A program made the position numbers and the translations under genes. Below, in pieces: positions 55,885-64,000 of a DNA stretch of 64,000 bases (positions are counted from its first letter, which is position 1; each line of letters starts with the position of its first letter). Under the pieces are notes generated by a model. The model saw only the letters and a list, made by a program, of their open reading frames with translations. It did no database searches and had not been told where the DNA came from. This DNA is from Eledone cirrhosa (lineage: Eukaryota): the NCBI GenBank assembly GCA_964016885.1, contig OZ024741.1, forward strand, positions 120,900,001-120,964,000, in the 5' to 3' direction.

Positions 55885-56330
55885 TGTTTGCATAAATTTG
55901 ATAAACGACGCATAAGTCATGAAAGAAGAGTTTTTGAGAAAAAAATTGGTATGAATAATCATGAGACTCTTCTTGACACATCTGCTCAATGAATCCACAA
56001 TTGACATTGGTGACTGCTTCAATCCGAAGTCTGAAATGTTGACATGCCCGAATCAGATGGTCTTGATTTATTTTGGACATTGTGCTATTGATGGCAGACT
56101 TCAGAGATTTTATAGTGTTATCCAAGTCCTCTCAACCCTTTCCAACATCTCCTTATAGTTAGTTGCATTGACTCTTAAGTCCTGAGGAAAAAAGTGAGGA
56201 GGCATGAAATCACGCTCGATGTTAATGACTCCCAGAACCATCATAGTTGCTGAAAACTTTGTATACATGGGATGCCTTTAAGGTCTCTGCAAAACCATCT
56301 GTCATTTCTTTGGTTGACCTTTTCATCCTG
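55885..56330 (-). mobile_element. Degraded maT/Tc1 transposon
   Basis: DHLIRACQHFRLRIEAVTNVNCGFIE C-terminus, similar to the end of the 15484-16450 element. Confidence 0.7.
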
Positions 56331-56359
56331 AACAATGTTTTTCTCATCAGAAAAAAAAA

Positions 56360-56860
56360 CTAAAGTATCCAAGCTCTTAGTGTTTCAAACTGCTCAACAT
56401 GTGCTTTGCGAGGAGCAGACAGTTATCTGCAGACTTGAGCTGGTGTCTCCGCATCTCATATTACTTGTATTGAAGGTCCTCATGCAAATTTAAGGATTAA
56501 GGAAGCCATTTTCATCAGCCACATAAAACCAGAGATAAATAATAGGTGAGAAATACATGAGGCAGAATAGTTACTGTAGCAACCCAAACACATGCGCATG
56601 TATAAACTAATTAGGAAAGAAAACTCTGAAAACTCTGATCATTTGTTTGTTTTGTCTTGGACTGTTTCAGCTTCCCATCTGAAAAGAGGGTAATAGCCCT
56701 GAAATATCATGCTAAAATACACTGGGTAGAGCATGACTTTGTTTTGTTTCATTTGTCATCATTTGCTTGTTTCATTTGTTATCATTTGCCTCTTGTATTT
56801 TTTTACCTCATTGTACCGGTTTAAAAAAAAAATTATTACTCTTTTACTACATATCTCACA
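56360..56860 (+). mobile_element. Penelope-like element 3' relic (GIY-YIG C-terminal motif plus degenerate hammerhead)
   Basis: LRIKEAIFISHIKPEINNR at 56490-56546. CAT-CTGAAAA-G-AGGG(TAATAG)CCCT-GAAA-TA-TC-ATG at 56676-56711. Confidence 0.6.
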
Positions 56861-57260
56861 ATATTTTGCATTAACTACACTACTGTGTGTGTGTGTGTGT
56901 AATTAAAATGATTGGTCACATCTGGCCTGTATAACATAAATCCATACTGCCTTGAGGCCATTTATGTCCCTGTGGGGCCTGCTTCCTTTATATATAATAA
57001 TGCCCTCTGTGAAAATAAATATTTATTTATGAGAAAGCTATGGGATGGATAGTTAATGAAATGAGGATAGAGAATGGGGATAAAATATGGAACTATTTCT
57101 GAACACATGGGATTAAATGAAGCTTTTACATAAACCAGAACACAGATGTGTGTGTGAATTGCTGATTGTGTGTGTGTATATATATATGTATGTGCATGTA
57201 TACATACATACATATATATATATACACATATACACACACATATATATATATATACACACG

Positions 57261-57335
<75 letters not shown>

Positions 57336-57364
57336 GTATGTATATATGAATGTATATATAAATG

Positions 57365-57429
<65 letters not shown>

Positions 57430-57432
<3 letters not shown>

Positions 57433-58725
57433 GCGGAATCAATGGCCGAGCTAGAGAAGAAATTCCAAACATGGAAGCACGGCCTAGAGTCAATAGGACT
57501 TAAAATTAACCTGGCTAAGACCAAAGTTCTAGTTTGTAGGAAAGAAAACAAGGCGGCGGTCCCTTCTGGGAAATGGTCGTGCTCGATGTGTAGGAAAGGC
57601 GTAGGTAGAAACTCCATTTTATGTCCTAAATGCAAAGTATGGGTGCATAAAAGATGTAGTGGGATCACAGGTAAGCTAACTAAGAACATAGATTTTACAT
57701 GTGGCCGGTGTTCTGGTGCAATAAGTAGCAGCAAGTGCCCACAAAATACTAGCTCTTTCAATTGCGCAGAGGGTTCTATAGAAATAGTGGACAGCTTCCG
57801 TTACCTGGGCGATAAAATCAGCAGTGGGGGAGGGTGCTCTGAAAGTACTGTAGCTAGAGTCAGAACTGGTTGGAAAAAGTTCAGAGAGCTTATACCACTA
57901 TTAGCTGCTAAAGGGTTCTCCCTAAAAATGAAAGGCAGGTTGTACGATGCCTGCATACAAACAGCAATGTTGCATGGCAGTGAGACCTGGGCATTGTGTG
58001 CAGAGGATATACGCAGACTAGAGAGGAACGAAGCTTGCATGCTCCGCTGGATGTGTAACAGTAATATACGTGAACGGCAAAGCATAAACGAACTAAGGAA
58101 AAAATTAGAGATAAGAGGGATCAGATGTTGTTTACTCGAGAGAAGGCTACGTTGGTATGGACACGTGATGCGCATGAAAGTCGATAGCTGTATAACAAAG
58201 TGCAGGGCAATAAAGATAGACGGTAGCCACGGAATAGGCAGACCTAGAAAAACCTGGGACGAGCTGATAAACTCCGACCTCACACACTTACACCTCTCCA
58301 AGACAATGTCACTGGACCGAGACCTTTGGCGGTACTCAGTAACAGAGAAGACCCGCCTTGCCAGTAGGCATCTCTAACAAAATACACCCCGTCCCGCCAC
58401 CACCCCCACCCATCCACACCACCCCGTTCTATGTAAAGTTATGTTGGTGCCGCGCCATCCAGGCCGAAACAAATGAGATCGTGTAGGTGTCACGACAAAA
58501 AAACACACAGTCCACGCTGTAATGTGGCCGTGTAGGCAACACGGTAAAAACCTCCCAGACCCACACTGTAAATGTGGTTGGTGTTAGGAAGGGCATCCAA
58601 CTGTAGAAAACCTGCCAGACAGTCCTATGCGAGCAAGACAATCACTCTTGCCTCAAGTGGGACTACCCCCGTCCAAACCCATGCAAGCGTGGAACACGGA
58701 CGTTAAACGTTGATGATGATGATGA
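57430..58725 (+). mobile_element. RTE family A, 5'-truncated young copy (open frame 57430-58377)
   Basis: Uninterrupted [11 protein letters not shown]...PHD...[11 protein letters not shown]...GRPRKTW, then the 3'UTR and (GAT)n tail. Sits inside (TA)n. Confidence 0.95.
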
Positions 58726-58782
58726 CATATATACATATATACATATATATACATATACATACATATATATATATATATACAT

Positions 58783-58825
<43 letters not shown>

Positions 58826-58902
58826 CATACATATATATATATATATACATATACATACATATATATATATATAAATATGTATATATGTATATATATGTAT
58901 AT

Positions 58903-59436
58903 ATGAAAGAAAATGATATACCCTCCGCCACAGGCAGGGAGGGCAGGCCGGGCAACCAACAAGCTAAGGGCAAAGGTGAAAAGCGAAATCACCTTCCGAA
59001 GGAGAACCAAGCGCAGAGGGACCAGTGGACAACTGTTCAAAGAAAGAACAGAAAGCACCGAGACACTGGGAGCAAAAAACCCCAAGTAATGTGCAAGTTT
59101 TTCAAGAACGGGACATGCTGGCATGGAGAGACAGGGATGGGATGCAGATTCGCCCACCCTAGGTCTCAAACGAACTATGCCCATCATACTCGCGCAACAT
59201 GCACCAGCCAAAGCCGAAATAAGCCGCTCCAGAAGTATGCTGATGTCGCGCGTGCTGCACCAACAAGGAGAAGGCACGCACATGCCGACGAGATACAGAT
59301 GGCAGCAGCAGATCAGAAAAATTTTTTAGTGATGGCAGAGAAGATTGTGGGACAGCTGACCTGGCTGCATCGTCTCCAGAGCCAGAGTCATCCACACCAG
59401 CACTCGAGACCACCGCAGTTAAGGGACCCAGAGTGA
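58903..59436 (+). CDS. LINE ORF1 with a CCCH zinc finger (possibly 5'-truncated)
   Basis: Basic protein with C-x7-C-x8-C-x3-H ([22 protein letters not shown]). The ATG sits at the microsatellite junction. Confidence 0.75.
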   Translation: MKENDIPSATGREGRPGNQQAKGKGEKRNHLPKENQAQRDQWTTVQRKNRKHRDTGSKKPQVMCKFFKNGTCWHGETGMGCRFAHPRSQTNYAHHTRATCTSQSRNKPLQKYADVARAAPTRRRHAHADEIQMAAADQKNFLVMAEKIVGQLTWLHRLQSQSHPHQHSRPPQLRDPE

Positions 59437-62400
59437 CCGCCGCTGACACCAGGCCAGGTGTCATACCGACAGCCATTACTGGCACCCCAAAAGTCACACC
59501 AGTGCTGCTGCTGAATGTCAGGGGCCTGGTGAAACTCAGCAACATGAGTAAAATTTCCTACCTGGGAGACTTAGCCATAAGCAATCAAGCACTATGCATG
59601 GCACTAACCGAAACGCACCTGACAAGCAGTATAGCAGATGCAGAAATACATATACCGAAATATACTGTTTTTCGTTCGGACAGGAAGGAGAGAACTCATG
59701 GTGGGGTTGCTCTGTATATCCGTGAAGATGTCACACCAATTGTACTGTTGACACATTCAAACTCAGTCTGTGACACACTGATAATACATATGAAGCAACT
59801 ACAGACGGTAATATGTGTCACATATCGGCCGCCCGATGCCCCCAGTCATGAGGGTAAATTTGAGGATAGCCTAAGTAGGATAGAAGAGGTCCTTGACAAA
59901 CTGGACCAGGGTCTCAACATCCTACTGCTGGGAGACTTCAACCTACCAAAGGTCAAATGGCCTGAGGGCCACCTCCTCCCTGGAATGACGTCAATAGAAC
60001 AGAGACAGACGGAATCCCTGCTGGCCCTAACATACAGGCTGTTCATGGAGCAAGCAATACTCCTCCCAACAAGAGGCGAAAATGTCCTGGACCTCTGTTT
60101 TACAAACAACGAAGTGCTCATCCACAATGTAAAGGTGACACCAACAATTCTCTCGGATCATAACTTAGTAGAGCTAATGATATGTGGTCCAAGAGAACCA
60201 ACAGAGACAAAACCACCAAGAAGCTCCGGGACGCTATCCAACCTTAACTTCTACAAGGCTAACTGGAAAAAGATTAAGAGTGAAATCCGGAAGCAAACAT
60301 GGAGTGAAAACACCGCCACACAAGACACTAACACACAATTTCAACACTTCATGACAACGATACACGCTATATGCAAAAAGTTTGTCCCGGAGAAAGAGGC
60401 AAACAGACACAAAAATTTTATTCCCAGAGATAGGAAAATCCTTATGAGACGTAGAACTAAACTCTTAAACCAGTTGAATGGTCAACAAAACAAAAACAAG
60501 AAGGAATCCTATTTGAAACGTGCACTACTTGACACCGAGATTGCACTCAAACTTTCACATGAGAATGAGAGGACAAAGAAAGAGAACAGGGCCATCGAAA
60601 ACATTAAAACAAACCCTAAGGCCTTCTTTAAATTTGCAAAAGAAACTGCCTCAGTACACTGCAAGATTGGACCACTCTTCAACACGAACGGTTCATTAAC
60701 CGAAAATCCCCAAGAGATATGTGAAATACTGAACGAACAGTACAAAAGTGTCTTCACATGTCCACTGAGGCACATGCAAATAACGAAGCCAGAGGAGTTC
60801 TTTGATGCCACAACACTACATCAAGAAATGGCAACCATCAACCACATAGACATAACGGAGGAGGATGTGGTGTACGCCATTGATGAAATTAGAACAGACT
60901 CGGCTGCTGGACCTGATGGATTCCCAGCAGTTCTCCTAAAAATATGTAAGCGGGCCTTAGCAACTCCACTGAAGATGCTCTTCAGAAGCTCCTTGGCTAG
61001 CGGTGTACTACCCAGGGAGCTGAAAGAAGGCACAATATGCCCTATCCATAAAGGAGGTAGTAGAGCGGAGGCCAAGAACTATAGGCCAGTCTCCCTGACA
61101 TCGCATATCAGTAAGGTCATGGAGCGAGTCGTCAGAAAGAAACTAATCACTTTCCTCGAAGAAAATGACTGCCTGACTAGCACGCAACATGGCTTCCGCC
61201 CAGGAAGAAGCTGCCTTACACAGCTGCTACATCACTACGACTGGGTACTGAGACAACTACTAGACAGCTCACATGTGGACGTGATATATCTTGACTTTGT
61301 GAAGGCCTTTGACAAGGTCGACCACGGAATGATATGTCACAAACTACACGGACTCGGCATAACTGGAAAAGTAGGTGAGTGGCTGCATGGCTTCCTAAGG
61401 GACAGAAGCCAGGCAGTCGCAGCAAATCGGGCCCTCTCGAGGGAAACACCGATAACAAGTGGGGTGCCCCAGGGGACAGTCCTGGGACCACTACTGTTTT
61501 TGGTGGCTCTCTCGGACATGCCCTCTGTGGTGCATGCAACAACATCCCTCACTAGCTATGCTGATGACACTAAGGTAGCACAGGCAATCAAAAACCCGGC
61601 TGACGCTGCCCTTTTACAGCAGGATCTGGATGCCATATACAGATGGGCGGAAGAAAACAACATGCAGTTTAATGCTGGCAAATTCCAAGCCCTACAATAC
61701 AAACCTGCAAACACAAATATAGTGGAACACAGCTACACAGGACCAGGAGGGACCGATATCCCTGTGTCAAAATCGATACGAGACCTGGGCATAGACATGA
61801 GCGATGATGCATCTTTTTCTTCACACATCATGAAGGTGGCGACAACATGTAGACGATTCGCTGGCTGGATCTTGAGGACTTTCCTTACAAGAGATCGAGA
61901 CACCATGTTGACACTGTGGAGGACTTTTGTCCTAAGCCGCCTGGACTACTGCTCCCAGTTGTGGTCACCCCATAGTGTCAAACTAACCACGGAGCTTGAG
62001 GCAATCCAGCGAAGCTACACCAAGAGGATTGCCAAGATGAGGGAGACAAGCTACTGGGAGAGGCTAAAGGAACTGAACCTCTACTCCTTGGAGCGAAGAC
62101 GGGAAAGATACGCAGTGATCTACATGTGGAAAATCCTGGAGGGACTAGCACCAAACTTTGGCATTGGGAGCTGGACCAACCGTCGAACAGAACGTCACTG
62201 TGTGGTGCCAAAGGTCCCGTTTTCCACATCTAGAATAAGGAGCAGGTATTGCAATAGCCTGGGATTCAAGGGCCCTCAACTCTTCAACAGGCTGCCGAGG
62301 CATCTGAGAGACTTGCATGACGTGGAGGTGGATGTCTTTAAGAAACATCTCGACACCTTGTTATCCAGGATCCCGGATGAGCCCACAGCAAGACACGAGG

Positions 62401-62468
62401 GAAACCTAAGGGCAGCAGCAACAAACTCCCTCCTACACCAGTGGCCAACCTATACAGGCTGGAGATAA
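59433..62468 (+). CDS. LINE ORF2: APE endonuclease plus reverse transcriptase
   Basis: APE motifs LNVRGL, LTETHL, GDFNLP, LDLCF and SDHN. RT motifs [36 protein letters not shown] and YADD. CR1-like tail [10 protein letters not shown] and [18 protein letters not shown]. No stops in 1011 codons, and the frame is open from 59244. Confidence 0.97.
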   Translation: MTAADTRPGVIPTAITGTPKVTPVLLLNVRGLVKLSNMSKISYLGDLAISNQALCMALTETHLTSSIADAEIHIPKYTVFRSDRKERTHGGVALYIREDVTPIVLLTHSNSVCDTLIIHMKQLQTVICVTYRPPDAPSHEGKFEDSLSRIEEVLDKLDQGLNILLLGDFNLPKVKWPEGHLLPGMTSIEQRQTESLLALTYRLFMEQAILLPTRGENVLDLCFTNNEVLIHNVKVTPTILSDHNLVELMICGPREPTETKPPRSSGTLSNLNFYKANWKKIKSEIRKQTWSENTATQDTNTQFQHFMTTIHAICKKFVPEKEANRHKNFIPRDRKILMRRRTKLLNQLNGQQNKNKKESYLKRALLDTEIALKLSHENERTKKENRAIENIKTNPKAFFKFAKETASVHCKIGPLFNTNGSLTENPQEICEILNEQYKSVFTCPLRHMQITKPEEFFDATTLHQEMATINHIDITEEDVVYAIDEIRTDSAAGPDGFPAVLLKICKRALATPLKMLFRSSLASGVLPRELKEGTICPIHKGGSRAEAKNYRPVSLTSHISKVMERVVRKKLITFLEENDCLTSTQHGFRPGRSCLTQLLHHYDWVLRQLLDSSHVDVIYLDFVKAFDKVDHGMICHKLHGLGITGKVGEWLHGFLRDRSQAVAANRALSRETPITSGVPQGTVLGPLLFLVALSDMPSVVHATTSLTSYADDTKVAQAIKNPADAALLQQDLDAIYRWAEENNMQFNAGKFQALQYKPANTNIVEHSYTGPGGTDIPVSKSIRDLGIDMSDDASFSSHIMKVATTCRRFAGWILRTFLTRDRDTMLTLWRTFVLSRLDYCSQLWSPHSVKLTTELEAIQRSYTKRIAKMRETSYWERLKELNLYSLERRRERYAVIYMWKILEGLAPNFGIGSWTNRRTERHCVVPKVPFSTSRIRSRYCNSLGFKGPQLFNRLPRHLRDLHDVEVDVFKKHLDTLLSRIPDEPTARHEGNLRAAATNSLLHQWPTYTGWR

Positions 62469-62698
62469 AATGTGTAGCAACAAGGGTGGTGCCCCAGCAT
62501 GGCCTCAGCTGGATGGCTGAAACAGGTAAAAGAGTAAAAGAGTAAAAGAGTATATATGTATGTATATGTATATATGTATGTATATGTATATATATATATG
62601 TATATATGTATGTATATGTATATATATATATATATGTGTATATGTATATATATATATATATATGTGTATATGTATATATATATATATGTGTATATGTA

Positions 62699-62732
<34 letters not shown>

Positions 62733-62849
62733 TATGTATATATATATATGTATATGTTAGATCGACTCTCCATATTTCTTTTCAATGGCTGATAATACTT
62801 TACCAGCGCCACTCGAATAGGGTAGTTATTTAACCCATAAATGGAGCCC

Positions 62850-62986
62850 TAACAGGTACTACTACTCCGGGCCAGAGCAGACCTGGGAGTTAGACAACTA
62901 AAGGGTAACTCCACATTCCCCACAACTCCTGAACTCCCGAACTGGAGCCTTGCCACTGGATATAGTTTAATGTCATACCCAGGACA
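62850..62986. mobile_element. Short interspersed repeat fragment abutting the RTE family B copy
   Basis: GGTACTACTACTCCGGGCCAGAGCAGACCTGGGAG...GTCATACCCAGGACA resembles a common invertebrate interspersed repeat (recalled, not verified). Confidence 0.4.
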
Positions 62987-62989
62987 TCA

Positions 62990-63770
62990 GATGCTGAATT
63001 TGCCGACGACATAGTTTTGGTGACAAATACAGTGAAGGAGGCAGAGGATTTGATGCGGGAGGTTGAGACTGTGTTGAGTGTGGGGCTGAGAATGAATGAG
63101 ACTAAAACAAAATATCTGGTAGAGAATGTTGAGAAGCCAGAGGGGATTACTAATGTAGGCGGGAAGCCGCTAGAATTGGTTGAGGGCTTCCTGTATTTGG
63201 GAGCAAAGATTGGGAATACGGAAGATGATGTGATTGAGAGAAAGAGCAAAGCCTGGGTGGCATGCCACAGCTTGAGATCGGTGTGGAAGTCTGACCTTCG
63301 TAAAGACCTGAAAATCCGCCTCTTCATTGCTGTAGTGGAGTCTGTGCTGTTGTATGGGTCTGAGTCTTGGAGACTGACCAAGAAACTCACTCAGATGGTG
63401 GATGGGTGCTACACGAGAATGCTGAGGATGGCTCTGAACATTAATCAGTATACACTGAGGATGAAGAACTCAGAGCTGTACGGGAGCCTCCCAAAAGTCA
63501 GCTCAAAAGTGACACAGAGGAGACTGAGGTTAGCTGGACATGCTCACCGACATCCAGAGTTGACATTGCACTCAGTGCTCTTGTGGGAGCCCCTACATGG
63601 ACACACTGGAAGATGAAGACCAAGGTTAACGTATGTTGATGCCCTAAGGACAGACACTGGTCTGTTGGAGACGCAGGACATGGCAGCGATAATGAGGGAC
63701 AGAAACCGCTGGAGAGAACTCGTCCATGGATCTCGGGAATTTTACCCGCCCTAGATAGATAGATAGATAT
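62990..63770 (+). mobile_element. RTE-clade LINE family B, 5'-truncated
   Basis: [37 protein letters not shown] and LLWEP.HG, with one premature stop at 63614-63616 and a (TAGA)n tail. Confidence 0.92.
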
Positions 63771-63872
63771 GTATATGTATATATATATATGTATATATAT
63801 ATATATGTATATGTATATATATATGTATGTATATATATGTATATATGTATGTATATGTATATATATGAATGT

Positions 63873-63914
<42 letters not shown>

Positions 63915-64000
63915 GTTTAACGTCCATATTCCACGCTCGCATGGGTTTGGACGGGAGTTTTCTCACTTGAGGCTAGAGTGGTTGTCTTGCTCGCATAGGA

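Larger units (their letters stand above)
58903..62550 (+). mobile_element. CR1-type non-LTR retrotransposon, ORF2 intact
   Basis: Two ORFs, a short 3'UTR with a stem-loop and a (GTAAAAGA)n tail. GC content is higher than the flanks, and TA/TATG microsatellite lies on both sides. Confidence 0.95.

Noticed and set aside
57166-57429. N-terminal part of the 403-aa ORF as a host-LINE fusion protein
   Set aside because: It is only in-frame read-through of the TA/CA microsatellite into a 5'-truncated RTE.
59846-62348. Antisense ORFs within LINE ORF2
   Set aside because: Short shadow ORFs expected opposite a long GC-balanced coding frame, with no motifs.

Overview
Repeat-saturated, AT-rich animal DNA. 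The SINE, LINE and microsatellite make-up points to an octopod cephalopod (Octopus-like), which is an inference. The only host coding sequence I can support is one 121-bp exon (27978-28098, +) encoding the start of the C2A domain of a GAP1-family RasGAP (RASA2/RASA3-like), so most of the window is probably very large introns. The rest is microsatellites and transposons. These include five copies of an RTE LINE with a PHD finger inserted after the RT core, a second RTE family, a Vingi/Ingi relic, Tc1/mariner relics (DD37D maT; an irritans-like element with rearranged ~100-bp TIRs), Helitrons, hAT- and piggyBac-like MITEs, and several tRNA-SINE families. Three signals stand out. (1) An apparently intact CR1-type LINE (58903-62550) has a CCCH-finger ORF1 overlapping ORF2 in the -1 frame across an in-phase U-UUU-UUA slippery site, and its 3' tail is shared with local SINEs. 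(2) Minimal hammerhead-ribozyme motifs (Penelope/retrozyme type) recur next to (TA)n tracts, including a complete one at 2210-2256 and a 310-bp head-to-head double-hammerhead hairpin at 36318-36628. (3) Four transposons are nested at 9190-10961. Most long ORFs in the track are microsatellite artefacts. Boundaries of degraded repeats are approximate, and all alignments and folds were done by eye.
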